Shown here: piece after piece, positions 37,042 to 46,898 of the stretch
How positions within the stretch are numbered: position 1 is the stretch's first letter
How the letters are laid out: every line of letters starts with the position of its first letter
Assembly (NCBI GenBank): GCA_022711335.1
Contig: JAKLFF010000001.1
Span: forward strand, 131,016 to 195,015
Length of the DNA: 64,000 nucleotides
Direction of reading: 5' to 3'
From: Patescibacteria group bacterium
Lineage (GTDB): Bacteria; Patescibacteriota; Minisyncoccia; Moranbacterales; UBA2206
Translations under genes and position numbers: made by a program
Notes under the pieces: generated by a model
The model's database searches: none
What the model was told of the DNA's origin: nothing
Seen by the model: the letters and a program-made list of their open reading frames with translations, nothing else

Positions 37042-39654
37042 TTAATACTTAAAATTAATTTTATTTTTTTCTGCGTCTACGACGATTTTGTTCCCTTCTT
37101 TAATTTTCTTTTCAATCATGAGAAAAGCCAGCTCGTCCAAAATTTCATTTTGAATAATCCGCTTTAGGGGTCTTGCGCCAAATTGAGGATCATATCCCTT
37201 GCGCGCCAAATATTCTTTGGCCTGGAAAGTCAGGCGCAGCTTTATGTTTTTTTCATTTAGTCTTTTTTGAATAAGATTCAGCTGGAGATCGACAATTTGC
37301 TTGAGCATTTTCCGGTTTATGGGATGGAAAATTATTATTTCATCTAGTCGATTTAAAAATTCCGGCTTGAAATTTTCCCGAAGCGATGCCAGGACTTTCT
37401 CTTTCATATCTTCCTCTCCAATAGTCTCTTTTTCTTCATTCTCCTTAAATCCCAATCCGCTCTTATAAATTATATCCGATCCGACATTGGAAGTCATTAT
37501 AATCACGGTATTTTTGAAATTCACTTTTCTTCCCTTGGAATCAGTAAGATGCCCTTCATCAAGAACCTGCAGCATTATGTTAAAAATCAGCGGATGGGCT
37601 TTTTCAATTTCATCAAAGAGAATTACGCTATACGGACGTTTCCGAATAAGTTCCGTAAGCTGTCCTCCCTCGTCATATCCAACATATCCCGGAGGAGAGC
37701 CGATCATTTTGGATACGCTATGCGATTCCATATATTCGCTCATGTCCACCCGGATAAGCGCTTGCTCTTCGTTGAATAAAAATTCCGCCAGAGCCTTGGC
37801 CAATTCTGTTTTTCCTACTCCCGTCGGTCCGAGAAAAACAAAAGATCCAATCGGCCGATCCGGTCCGGAAATTCCGGAGCGCGATCTTCTTATGGCGTTA
37901 GCAATCGATTTTATGGCTTCTTTTTGACCAACTACCCTTTTTTCCAGCTCTTCTTCTATTTTTAGAAGCTTCTGTGTTTCATTTTCAAGCATTTTAGAAA
38001 GCGGTATTCCCGTCCAACGGGACACAACTTTGGCGATATCTTCTTCCGTCACCTCTTCCTTGAGAATCGGGTTTTTGCTTTGAATTCCATCCAGCTTCTT
38101 TTTTTCCGCCCCTATCTGTTTCTCCAGTCCCGGTATTTTTCCGTAGCGTATTTCCGCTACCCTATCCAGCTCCATTTTCCGCTCGGCAATTTCCGCTTCT
38201 GATTTTAATTTCTCAATTTCAGCCGAATGCTTGCGAATATTGGTGATCATATCCTTTTCAGTTTTCCATTGAAGCATTGTTTTTCCGGCTTCTTCTTTTA
38301 TTTCTGCCAGTTTTTTATTTAATTCTTTTATTCTTTTTTTTGAATCGGGATTTTTTTCTTTCTCCAAGGCTTTTTTTTCAATTTCCAGCCTTCGGATGAG
38401 CCTTTGGGCGCTGTCTATTTCTGCCGGCATAGAATCAATTTCCATTCGAAGCGCCGAAGTGGCCTCGTCGATAAGATCAACCGCTTTATCCGGAAGAAAG
38501 CGGTCGCTTATATATCGGCTAGAAAGAGCTACGGCCTCCCGAATGGCGTTATCGGTTATCTTCACTCCGTGATGCACTTCATATTTTTCCTTGAGTCCCC
38601 GAAGAATTGCTATTGTATCTTCAAGCGATGGCTCTCCGACCATAATCGGCTGAAATCTTCTTTCCAAAGCCGCATCTTTTTCAATATATTTTTGATATTC
38701 GCGGGTGGTAGTGGCTCCTATCATCCGAATTCTTCCTCGCGCCAGAGCCGGCTTTAACATATTAGAAGCGTCGAGTGCTCCTTCAATTGCTCCTGCGCCA
38801 ACTAGCGTATGAAGCTCATCGATAAAAAGAATATATTTTCCAGCCGCACGGTCTACTTCTGAAATAATTGCTTTCATTCTTTCTTCAAACTCTCCGCGAA
38901 ATTTCGTTCCTGCCAAAAGAAGGCCCAGATCTAAAGTCACTAAAACCTTGTTTTTCAGCGTTTCCGGAACATCTCCGTCGGCAATTCTTTGAGCTAAACC
39001 CTCAACAATAGCAGTTTTTCCCGTTCCAGCCTCTCCAATGAGAACCGGGTTATTCTTAGTTCTCCTGGAAAGAACCTGCATAACTCTCCTAATTTCATTA
39101 TCCCTTCCGATTACCGGATCGAGTTTTTTGTTTTTAGCCATCTCAACAAGATTTATGGTATATTTTTCCATCACTTGAAATTTAGCCTCCGGATCGGGCG
39201 AATCGACTTTTTGGGTGCCTCTTACTTGTGACATAATTTTCAAGACATTTTCGTATCTGACATTATTTTCTTCAAGAAATTTTTTAGCCTTGGATCCGTT
39301 GTTTATAAGCGAGAGCATCAGATGCTCCGTTGAAATATAATCGTCGCCTATTTCTTTAGCTATTTTCTCTGCTCCGCCGAGGATCATAATCAAGTCCGGC
39401 GTTATGAAAATTTGGGCAATTCCATTTTTTCTCATTTTCGGGTATTTGTCTATTTCTTCCATCACTCGGTTTTTCAGGACATTTATGTCTACTTCCAATT
39501 TTTTAAGGATTACCGGAACAATTGAATTCTCTTGGGAAATTAGCGAATAGAGAAGGTGAAAAACATCCACCTGCTGCTGGCCTTTGAGTATGGCGATTTC
39601 TTGAGAATTTCGAAGCGCCTCTTGTGATTTAGTGGTGAGTTTGTTTAAATCCAT
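37042..39654 (-). CDS. clpB: ATP-dependent chaperone ClpB (two AAA+ modules with long coiled-coil middle domain)
   Basis: Clp N-domain. Walker A GEAGTGKT and GPTGVGKT. Sensor/arginine-finger regions. About 130-aa coiled-coil M-domain. 870 aa. Confidence 0.9.
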   Translation of the reverse strand: MDLNKLTTKSQEALRNSQEIAILKGQQQVDVFHLLYSLISQENSIVPVILKKLEVDINVLKNRVMEEIDKYPKMRKNGIAQIFITPDLIMILGGAEKIAKEIGDDYISTEHLMLSLINNGSKAKKFLEENNVRYENVLKIMSQVRGTQKVDSPDPEAKFQVMEKYTINLVEMAKNKKLDPVIGRDNEIRRVMQVLSRRTKNNPVLIGEAGTGKTAIVEGLAQRIADGDVPETLKNKVLVTLDLGLLLAGTKFRGEFEERMKAIISEVDRAAGKYILFIDELHTLVGAGAIEGALDASNMLKPALARGRIRMIGATTTREYQKYIEKDAALERRFQPIMVGEPSLEDTIAILRGLKEKYEVHHGVKITDNAIREAVALSSRYISDRFLPDKAVDLIDEATSALRMEIDSMPAEIDSAQRLIRRLEIEKKALEKEKNPDSKKRIKELNKKLAEIKEEAGKTMLQWKTEKDMITNIRKHSAEIEKLKSEAEIAERKMELDRVAEIRYGKIPGLEKQIGAEKKKLDGIQSKNPILKEEVTEEDIAKVVSRWTGIPLSKMLENETQKLLKIEEELEKRVVGQKEAIKSIANAIRRSRSGISGPDRPIGSFVFLGPTGVGKTELAKALAEFLFNEEQALIRVDMSEYMESHSVSKMIGSPPGYVGYDEGGQLTELIRKRPYSVILFDEIEKAHPLIFNIMLQVLDEGHLTDSKGRKVNFKNTVIIMTSNVGSDIIYKSGLGFKENEEKETIGEEDMKEKVLASLRENFKPEFLNRLDEIIIFHPINRKMLKQIVDLQLNLIQKRLNEKNIKLRLTFQAKEYLARKGYDPQFGARPLKRIIQNEILDELAFLMIEKKIKEGNKIVVDAEKNKINFKY

Positions 39655-39740
39655 AATGACTCACTAATTTTAGCGAATTATAGCTAACAAAAACAAATTT
39701 GCATACATTCGCTTTCAATTAGCTTTTGATTCGCGAGTTT

Positions 39741-41027
39741 TTATTTTCTTTCTTCCAGTACAACAGTTATACTTTTCATATCTCCCTTATGCCAGACTTT
39801 AAGAGTGATTGTGTCTCCGACGCTGTAGCTGGCGATCATATTGGAAAAACTGCTGTCCTCGGTTATTTTTTTGCCATCTATTTCAAGCACAATGTCATTT
39901 TCAACCAACCCTGCTTTATCTGCCGGGGATCCGGGAATAACCGCAAAATCAGTAATTTTTTGTCCCCTAGCCACCAGTACTCCATAATCATACGGCAAAT
40001 TATTTTCATTTTTAATGGAATCATTGATGGGAATATATCGAATTCCTATGTATGGAGTGGTTATTTTTCCCGTTTTTTTGACTTGATCGATGATTTTTTT
40101 AATTTGGTTAGACGGAATAGCAAATCCAACATTTTGGGCGCCTTGCGCCATGGCAACATTGATGCCAACTACTTCCCCTGAAATATTAAGAAGCGGCCCG
40201 CCGGAATTTCCTGAATTGATGGCTGCATCAGTCTGAATGATATTGCTTAACTTTTCCGTTTCTCCAGATCCGCCGCCAGCTGTCAGATTGCGCTTAAGCC
40301 CGGAAATTATTCCTCGGCTTACGGTGTTGGAAAATTCTCCCAGTGAATTTCCAATGGCAATGACAGTTTGTCCGGTTTTTAGCGCTTCCGAATCTCCAAA
40401 ATTTAAAGTTGGAAAATCAGATCCGTCAATCTTGATGACAGCAATATCGTTTATCGGATCGCGCGCCAGCACTTTGGCCGGATATTCTTTTCCTTCATTG
40501 GTTATAACGGTATAATCGGCGGCTGTATCGGAAACAACGTGCTTATTGGTTGCAATCATTCCATCGTTTGATATGAAAAATCCCGTTCCTCCTCCGATTT
40601 TTTGCTTTTCTGTTGCTCCTCCTTGATTTTCTTCAAACAGATCCGGAAAAGAAAAAAATGGATTTCCAAAAACACCACGCATTTTCGGAACATCTTTGGT
40701 TATCACGATACTTACGACCGCTGGAGTAGATTTTTCCACTACGTCAATCACCCCGCTGTCTTCCTCAATTACCTGTTGTTTTACAATATCCGCCAAACCA
40801 GCGTTTTTTTTCGTTCTAAAAATACTTTTCAACGCTCCTTTTTCAAAAACTTTTTGAGACACGCTTCCTCCAATGAACCCAAATACAGCCCCAAAACAGG
40901 AGGAAACAAGAACGGACAGAACCAAAACGACCGCAAAAAAACTTTTTCTTGACGCCGGCTTGGCTGGCAGCACGGCTGAAGCTTCATTGGGATTTTTTTG
41001 AATAGAATTGATATTGGCGGTTTCCAT
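39741..41027 (-). CDS. htrA: HtrA/DegP-family serine protease with PDZ domain (canonical triad)
   Basis: His motif ATNKHVV, Asp motif DIAVIKI, Ser motif GNSGGPL, C-terminal PDZ, N-terminal TM anchor. Confidence 0.85.
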   Translation of the reverse strand: METANINSIQKNPNEASAVLPAKPASRKSFFAVVLVLSVLVSSCFGAVFGFIGGSVSQKVFEKGALKSIFRTKKNAGLADIVKQQVIEEDSGVIDVVEKSTPAVVSIVITKDVPKMRGVFGNPFFSFPDLFEENQGGATEKQKIGGGTGFFISNDGMIATNKHVVSDTAADYTVITNEGKEYPAKVLARDPINDIAVIKIDGSDFPTLNFGDSEALKTGQTVIAIGNSLGEFSNTVSRGIISGLKRNLTAGGGSGETEKLSNIIQTDAAINSGNSGGPLLNISGEVVGINVAMAQGAQNVGFAIPSNQIKKIIDQVKKTGKITTPYIGIRYIPINDSIKNENNLPYDYGVLVARGQKITDFAVIPGSPADKAGLVENDIVLEIDGKKITEDSSFSNMIASYSVGDTITLKVWHKGDMKSITVVLEERK

Positions 41028-41122
41028 ACTTTTTTTATTTAATTCTTACAAGAACAACCGTCCGCACTTTTCAAAAAAATACGGACGCTGTTCCTGCATT
41101 TTACTACAGCGGCAATTGCAAT

Positions 41123-41302
41123 TTATTCCATCGATATGGCTGATACCGGACAGCTGTCAATCACTTCCTGGCAGTTGCAATCCGCGCAGTCATCTGCTAC
41201 AACTTTAGATTTTCCGTTTTCAATTTTGAAAACTTTGGCGCAAAGAGACTCGCATGTTCCGCATCCGATGCAAAGCTCTTCGTTTACTTTTGGCTTCGGC
41301 AT
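41123..41302 (-). CDS. Small single-cluster [4Fe-4S]-type ferredoxin (59 aa; not in the ORF track because it is under 60 aa)
   Basis: Manual translation of the minus strand gives MPKPKVNEELCIGCGTCESLCAKVFKIENGKSKVVADDCADCNCQEVIDSCPVSAISME. It has CxxCxxC...CP cluster ligands like Thermotoga/Pyrococcus-type ferredoxins. Confidence 0.6.
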   Translation of the reverse strand: MPKPKVNEELCIGCGTCESLCAKVFKIENGKSKVVADDCADCNCQEVIDSCPVSAISME

Positions 41303-41345
41303 ATTGTTGTTAATTTATTATTAATTAATTTAGTTTGCAGAGAAT

Positions 41346-42425
41346 TTAGAACATCACTGAAACATCATCCGGCGAATTTTCGCGGAGTTTTTTTTCAAAG
41401 CCTTCCAGTTCCGCGTTATTAAATTCTACCATAAGGCTTTCTTTGCTCCAATGATAATCCTTGAGCAAGACATAAATCCTTGCTTCTTTTTCCCATTCAG
41501 CCAGATATTCTCCGAAATTTTTTGTTCTCACAAAGATTTGGCTGATTTTGAAGAGTTCTTTGTCATTCTCACTTTTTCTGTCCTCGATTTTTATTATATG
41601 ATAGCCGATTGAACTTTCCATAATGTCGCTAGTTTGCCCTTTTTCCAAAGAAACTACTGTTTGCGCTATTTCTGGAAGCATCTGGCTGAGCTCAAACCAG
41701 CCGAGAGCTCCTTTATTTTTAGCACTGTCCCCTTCTGAATATTTTTCAGCCACTTGGAAAAATTCTTTTTTATTCTCGAGGTCTTGGGCAGCTTTGGAAA
41801 TTTTTTCTTTCGCTTTCTGAAAAACAGGTTCGTTTTTTCTAATGTTCTCTGTGAGTTTTTCCTTATAAAGGTCTGGTTTTACTATATTTTTTTTGAAATC
41901 CTCAATATCCCAGCCATAAAGCCGGCTCATATTTTCCCTAAGATCATTTTCATTTCCGTATTCTCTTATTTTTCGGTCAACTTCCTGGGAAACAATATCA
42001 TCGGTAAGAACAATCTCTCTCTTTTTTGCTTCTTTCTCAATTATCAAGTTCTCAATCATTTTGTTTAATACGTATTTTTCCTTTATTTTAAGCCTTTTTT
42101 GGCCATCTTCCGTGTTGAAATCAACTCGCATTCCCAAATCGGAAAAATCCTGATTTTCATAAAACTTTTTCACCGATTCAGTCTTGCTGTCAAGCTCGCT
42201 GATTCTCACTATTTTTGAGTTGCAGAAGGCAGCCGGATAGGGAATTATTTTGACCGTCTTTTGAATCAAAATATTATCCGCGTTGAATATATATATGGCT
42301 ACAGCGGCAAAAATAATGTAAACGGCAAGAAAAGTTCCAACTGCATACATAATCGTCAGGATGCCGACTTTTTTATCCTGTATTTCTTTTTTATCCTCCT
42401 TATTTTTTTTGATATTTTTACTCAT
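41346..42425 (-). CDS. Membrane-anchored parvulin-type peptidyl-prolyl isomerase (PrsA/SurA-like foldase)
   Basis: N-terminal TM. Parvulin signature KGALGWF ... SSIGYHIIKIE in the C-terminal domain. Confidence 0.7.
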   Translation of the reverse strand: MSKNIKKNKEDKKEIQDKKVGILTIMYAVGTFLAVYIIFAAVAIYIFNADNILIQKTVKIIPYPAAFCNSKIVRISELDSKTESVKKFYENQDFSDLGMRVDFNTEDGQKRLKIKEKYVLNKMIENLIIEKEAKKREIVLTDDIVSQEVDRKIREYGNENDLRENMSRLYGWDIEDFKKNIVKPDLYKEKLTENIRKNEPVFQKAKEKISKAAQDLENKKEFFQVAEKYSEGDSAKNKGALGWFELSQMLPEIAQTVVSLEKGQTSDIMESSIGYHIIKIEDRKSENDKELFKISQIFVRTKNFGEYLAEWEKEARIYVLLKDYHWSKESLMVEFNNAELEGFEKKLRENSPDDVSVMF

Positions 42426-42454
42426 TTGCCTTTTTTATTCTTTTTTGCGGGCTT

Positions 42455-43003
42455 TTAATACTTAAAAAAGTAACTCCACCATTTTTTATAAATCGGGATA
42501 TCTTCAGCTTCAATGTCATTTTTTTGCGCCATATTCGCAACCTCGCTCTTTTCTCGCCCGGACAAGCCTGGCTTGACAATTACCATATTTTCATCAGGAT
42601 TTTGAAAACTTAGCTTATCCCGCACTTCTTTTTCCTGGAAATCGCGGCTTTCAAAATAGGCTATTTTTTCCTTGAGGTCCAGGTTGTTTTTTTCGATTCT
42701 GGCAGCTTCTTCCTCAAGAGCGGAAATTTCTTTTTGAATCTGGTTTTTTTTGTATATAACTTTAGATGCTGAATAAGCCACATAAGCCAGTATAATCAGG
42801 CCCAGCAACAAAAAAAACTTAATAAAACGCATTTTTCCGCCTACTTTTTCTCCTTTTTGCATTTTTTTCATTATTTTAGAGTGAGAAGCGGTGCAACGGT
42901 AAAGGCTACCATAGCCAAAACGGCTACAAGAGAAATTGCTATCCAGATTTTTCTCATCCTTTTGTTGCGTTTTTGAATATAGCTCATGAGGATATAATAA
43001 CAA
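42455..43003 (-). CDS. Septum-formation-initiator (FtsB/DivIC)-like protein: TM helix + coiled coil; true start probably internal (MRFIKFF...)
   Basis: Single TM (FIKFFLLLGLIILAYVAY) followed by a heptad-rich segment (EISALEEEAARIEKNNLDLKEKIAYFE). The N-terminal about 55 aa of the listed ORF are probably not translated. Confidence 0.4.
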   Translation of the reverse strand: MLLYPHELYSKTQQKDEKNLDSNFSCSRFGYGSLYRCTASHSKIMKKMQKGEKVGGKMRFIKFFLLLGLIILAYVAYSASKVIYKKNQIQKEISALEEEAARIEKNNLDLKEKIAYFESRDFQEKEVRDKLSFQNPDENMVIVKPGLSGREKSEVANMAQKNDIEAEDIPIYKKWWSYFFKY

Positions 43004-43023
43004 AATAAATACTAAAAAACAAT

Positions 43024-43132
43024 CCCCTTCTCCCTTAGGGAGAAGGTAGTTCGCCTAGGCGAGCCGGATGAGGGAGCTACTTGCGAAGTTTCTTCCCTCT
43101 CCTGTCTTTCAGACATCCTCTCCCCAAGGGAG
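43024..43132. repeat. Composite palindromic intergenic element, copy 2 (inverted orientation relative to copy 1)
   Basis: Hairpins CCTTCTCCC-TTAG-GGAGAAGG (exact reverse complement of the copy-1 hairpin), TCGCCTAGGCGA, TCCCTCTCC (reverse complement of GGAGAGGGA in copy 1), and CCTCTCCCC-AA-GGGAGAGG. It lies between the lepA 3' end and the next gene. Confidence 0.6.
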
Positions 43133-43147
43133 AGGAAGACAACAAAT

Positions 43148-45022
43148 TCACTTTTTCAGTACGGCTAAAAAGGCTTCTCCGGGAATACTTACTCTTCCGA
43201 TGTTTTTCATCTTTTTTTTGCCTTTTTTCTGCTTTTCCAGAAGTTTTTTCTTCCTGGATACATCTCCGCCGTACAGCTTGGCTATAACATCTTTTCTGAA
43301 GGCCTTAATGGTTTCCCTGGCGATCACTTTTCCGCCAATAGCGGCTTGCAAGGCAATTTGGAAATTTTGTCTTGGAATTGCATTCTTCAGCTTTCCGACT
43401 ATCCTCTTGCCCTCACTGAAAGCCCTTTCTTTTGGTACAATCCTTGAAAAAGCATCTATTTTTTCTTCAGCTACCAGAATATCCAATTTAATGAGGTCAT
43501 AAGGCCGCCAATCCTTTATTTCATAATTTAGAGAAGCGTATCCGGACGATGCGCTTTTGATGTCATCATGGAGATTGGTGATAATATCAGTCAAGGGACA
43601 GATGAATTTCAAAATCATTCTTTCTCCATCCAGATATTCCGTATCCAAATACTGAGCTCTTGTATTTTTCATTACTTCCATAATGGCGCCAAGATAGCTT
43701 GAAGGAGAAATGATTTCTAAATTAGCATAGGGCTCGGAAATTTCTTCAATTTCCGACGGATCAGGAAGCTCCGAAGGGGAATAAATCAGCATTTCTCCGA
43801 TTTTATTTTTTAATTTTACCCTATATACCACGCTTGGAGTTGTAACAGTCGGCGTAATTTCAAATTCCCGTTCAAGCCTGGATTGAATTATTTCCAGGTG
43901 CAAAAGCCCTAAAAATCCGCACCGAAATCCCCGTCCCAATGCCAAATTGCTTTCCGGTTCGAAAGTAAACGCTGCGTCGTTCAGCTTTAATTTATCAAGC
44001 GCATCGCGCATGAAGTTATAATCGTCGCCTTCAATCGGATAAAAAGATGCATAAACCATTGGTTTAACTTCCTTATATCCCGGCAATGGAATAGCACCTC
44101 TATTCCTGTCTGAAATTGTATCCCCGACGCGGCAATCCGCAACGCTTCGGAGGCCTGTCGCAATATATCCGATTTCTCCAGCTGACAAAACCTGGCTTTT
44201 CACAAGCTGCGGCTTGAAATGGCCCACTTCAATGACATCGCACGTCGCATTTGCCGCCAGCATAGAAATTTTATCTTCAGCTTTAATTTCTCCGTCAATA
44301 ATCCGCACATGAGCTAAAACGCCCTTATAGATATCGTATTTGGAGTCGAAAATGAGAGCCTGTAGCGTCTTTTTTGCGTCTCCTCGGGGAGCTGGTATAA
44401 TTTCCACAATTTTTTCCAAAAGTTTTTCCACTCCCTGCCCTGTTTTTCCAGAAACTTCCAGGATTTCTTCTTCTTTGCATCCCAGAATATGGATTATTTC
44501 CCGTTTTGTTTTTTTTATATTGGCATTAGGAAGGTCGATTTTGTTCACTACCGGGATAATTTCCAAATTATTATCAATCGCTTGATAAAGGTTAGCCAAA
44601 GTCTGGGCTTGGACGCCCTTAGTTGCATCAACCAGCAATACCGCGCCTTCAACTGCTGCAAGAGACCGCGAAACTTCATAGCCGAAATCCACATGCCCTG
44701 GAGTATCAATTAGATTCAGAATATACTCACCACTGTCATTCCCGCGAAAGCGGGAATCCTGTTTTAAATTTTGATCATTTATATTTTGAATTTGTTTTGG
44801 ATTTAGGATTTCGGACTTCGGATTTTTCGCATGGTAAACCATGCGAACCGGCTGCATTTTGATCGTTATCCCCCGCTCCCGTTCCAAATCCATGGTATCC
44901 AGAAGCTGTTCTTTCATCTTGCGTTTTTCAACTGTTCCGGTCATTTCCAACATCCGGTCGGCTAAGGTCGATTTTCCGTGGTCAATATGAGCCAAAATTG
45001 CAAAGTTTCTTAAATTATCCAT
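43148..45022 (-). CDS. lepA: Elongation factor 4 (LepA)
   Basis: G-domain NFAILAHIDHGKSTL and DTPGHVDF. LepA-specific C-terminal domain with KLYGGDVSRKKKLLEKQKKGKKKMK. It contains an unusual 36-codon insertion (see findings). Confidence 0.9.
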   Translation of the reverse strand: MDNLRNFAILAHIDHGKSTLADRMLEMTGTVEKRKMKEQLLDTMDLERERGITIKMQPVRMVYHAKNPKSEILNPKQIQNINDQNLKQDSRFRGNDSGEYILNLIDTPGHVDFGYEVSRSLAAVEGAVLLVDATKGVQAQTLANLYQAIDNNLEIIPVVNKIDLPNANIKKTKREIIHILGCKEEEILEVSGKTGQGVEKLLEKIVEIIPAPRGDAKKTLQALIFDSKYDIYKGVLAHVRIIDGEIKAEDKISMLAANATCDVIEVGHFKPQLVKSQVLSAGEIGYIATGLRSVADCRVGDTISDRNRGAIPLPGYKEVKPMVYASFYPIEGDDYNFMRDALDKLKLNDAAFTFEPESNLALGRGFRCGFLGLLHLEIIQSRLEREFEITPTVTTPSVVYRVKLKNKIGEMLIYSPSELPDPSEIEEISEPYANLEIISPSSYLGAIMEVMKNTRAQYLDTEYLDGERMILKFICPLTDIITNLHDDIKSASSGYASLNYEIKDWRPYDLIKLDILVAEEKIDAFSRIVPKERAFSEGKRIVGKLKNAIPRQNFQIALQAAIGGKVIARETIKAFRKDVIAKLYGGDVSRKKKLLEKQKKGKKKMKNIGRVSIPGEAFLAVLKK

Positions 45023-45025
45023 GAT

Positions 45026-45847
45026 TTATTCCAACGGGCTTTTTATGTTTCTTAAAGCAGGATTTGTTACTTTGGTGTAAATCTGCGTTGTTCTAATATT
45101 AGCATGACCCAAAAGTTCCTGCACATACCGTACATCCACTCCGCTTTCCAGAAGATGAGTCGCAAAACTGTGCCGCAAACTATGAAAAGTCGCTTCTTTT
45201 TTGATCCCAGCTCTCCTTAGGGCATTTTCAAAAACTTTCTGGACGCTGCGTTCATCCAATCTGCCGCCGCGATTACTCTCAAATATGTAGTCATAGCCAT
45301 TTTTTAAAACAGCCAAATTCTTTATTAAAGGCAGCAGTTTTTCCGGAAAAATTGTTATTCTGTCCTTATTTCCTTTCGCGCCTTTGATATGAATAGTCAA
45401 TTCATCCAGATTAATATCTTTGACTCTCAGATTTATTATTTCGCTCACGCGCAAACCTGCTCCATAAGCCAATGCAATTAGCAATTTATGTTTCATGTTT
45501 CCTAAAGAGCTAATTATTTTTTCAATTTCAGCTCGAGACAGGACAATTGGCAGTTTACTGGCTGTTTTAGCGAATTTAACATCAATAGCCGAGGAATTTT
45601 TCATTACTTCGCGGTAAAAATACTTAATAGCTTGCAAATGCAAATTTATCGTTTGCGATGATTGTTTCCGGTCTTGTTTTTCCAATAGATATTTTTTAAT
45701 CAAAGCGACATCTGGCTCACGCTTTATATTCTTTGTATATTTAAAATATTCGTTTAAACAACCTAAATAACTTTCAACAGTTCGCGGACTGTAATTTCGC
45801 AGTTTTAGCTCCTGTCTTATTTTTTCCAGCAACTCTTTGAGATTCAT
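45026..45847 (-). CDS. xerC: Xer-type site-specific tyrosine recombinase
   Basis: N-terminal core-binding domain. Catalytic R...HxxR...Y region HSLRHSFATHLLESGVDVRYVQELLGHANIRTTQIYTKV. Confidence 0.85.
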   Translation of the reverse strand: MNLKELLEKIRQELKLRNYSPRTVESYLGCLNEYFKYTKNIKREPDVALIKKYLLEKQDRKQSSQTINLHLQAIKYFYREVMKNSSAIDVKFAKTASKLPIVLSRAEIEKIISSLGNMKHKLLIALAYGAGLRVSEIINLRVKDINLDELTIHIKGAKGNKDRITIFPEKLLPLIKNLAVLKNGYDYIFESNRGGRLDERSVQKVFENALRRAGIKKEATFHSLRHSFATHLLESGVDVRYVQELLGHANIRTTQIYTKVTNPALRNIKSPLE

Positions 45848-45941
45848 GGAATTTATGCTATATTTTATTCATAAATAAGTATTGTATACATTATACAAAA
45901 AGTTCGCATAACACACAACTTTTAGCTATTGTTTAACACTA

Positions 45942-45970
45942 AGTTCGCATATAAACGAGTTATGTGAAAT
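45942..45970. other. Candidate dif-like Xer recombination site (AGTTCGCATAT-AAACGAG-TTATGTGAAAT)
   Basis: The right arm TTATGTGAAAT matches the E. coli dif XerD arm TTATGTTAAAT at 10 of 11 positions. The left arm contains the CGCATA core of the XerC arm. The site is about 95 bp upstream of and divergent from the xer gene. The central region appears to be 7 nt rather than 6, so the call is tentative. Confidence 0.35.
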
Positions 45971-45997
45971 ATTTTTCAGTTTTAATATAATCCACGT

Positions 45998-46615
45998 ATG
46001 GCAGCACCAATAACACACATCGCTTTAACCGAGAAAATTTTTGATAAATTTTTTAAAGACAAAATAAGGAAAGATTTTTTTATTGGCACATCGTTTCCAG
46101 ATATTAGATATTTGAAAGTAATTGATAGAGATAAAACACATTACAAGGATTTATCTATTGTAGACTTGGGAAACGATGAATCTTTTTCGGCAGGAGTAAA
46201 ATTTCATTCAATTCTAGATCACGCTAGAGAAAAATTTATTGTTGAAAATAACACTTATTCATTATGCCCCGAATCAAAATATATTACGCAATCGTTGAAA
46301 ATTTTGGAGGACGAAATTTTTTATCAACACGTCAAGGATTGGACTATCTATACAGAGTATTTGAATGAAATTTTACAAGCGGAAAGAAATTATAGAGTTG
46401 CCGAAAAAGATTTGAAGAAATGGCACTCATTATTACAACAATATTTTCAAAAACAACCTGATGAAGATGCTGTGAAAAATTTTACACTTGGTATTGGATT
46501 CACAGAAGAAGTTACTTCTGAAATAAATGAAAATATTGCAAAAATGAAAACCAATAAAAAAATCATTAAAATAATAGAAAATTTATACAAAAATTTTGAT
46601 TTGCTGATAACGTAA
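45998..46615 (+). CDS. Hypothetical protein (205 aa), no recognisable domain
   Basis: Clean ORF with coding-like composition. It lies in an accessory segment between xer and hicBA. Confidence 0.45.
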   Translation: MAAPITHIALTEKIFDKFFKDKIRKDFFIGTSFPDIRYLKVIDRDKTHYKDLSIVDLGNDESFSAGVKFHSILDHAREKFIVENNTYSLCPESKYITQSLKILEDEIFYQHVKDWTIYTEYLNEILQAERNYRVAEKDLKKWHSLLQQYFQKQPDEDAVKNFTLGIGFTEEVTSEINENIAKMKTNKKIIKIIENLYKNFDLLIT

Positions 46616-46637
46616 CTGAAAAATACATCATATAACA

Positions 46638-46763
46638 GCGTGTATGAGGTTCAAGAAAAAGTGCGTTAATATAATTTTCAGAGGTTGCACTTTTTCTTTC
46701 ACCCAAATTTCGCCTACTCTATGAGAAAATAATAAGGAAGTCGGCGAAACTTCTCATACACGC
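46638..46763. other. Structured intergenic element: outer stem (GCGTGTATGAGG / CTCATACACGC) enclosing two hairpins (AGAAAAAGTGC-N22-GCACTTTTTCT; TTTCGCC-N28-GGCGAAA); candidate small RNA / cis-regulatory RNA / MITE
   Basis: Nested perfect or near-perfect inverted repeats were read directly. The region is 126 nt, has no ORF, and lies about 190 nt upstream of hicB. Confidence 0.3.
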
Positions 46764-46898
46764 AAACGTTGTGGCGAAAAAACTAAAAATTTCCTCTCTA
46801 TTTTTGAAAAGAATTTTTGGCAATTTTGCTCGGTTGAATAGCTTTTTAAATATAATAAAATAACTTTTAACAAAGCAATAGGTCGTCCTTTTCCCGAG

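Noticed and set aside
41136-41324. 62-aa plus-strand ORF
   Set aside because: It is the antisense of the ferredoxin gene, whose Cys-ligand pattern is unambiguous.
45026-45847. Interpreting the xer-family recombinase as a phage/ICE integrase marking a prophage
   Set aside because: Its size (273 aa) and motifs fit chromosomal Xer recombinases. No phage structural or replication genes are adjacent. Lacking phage genes, the region is called a dif-like site and small islet (see findings) rather than a prophage.
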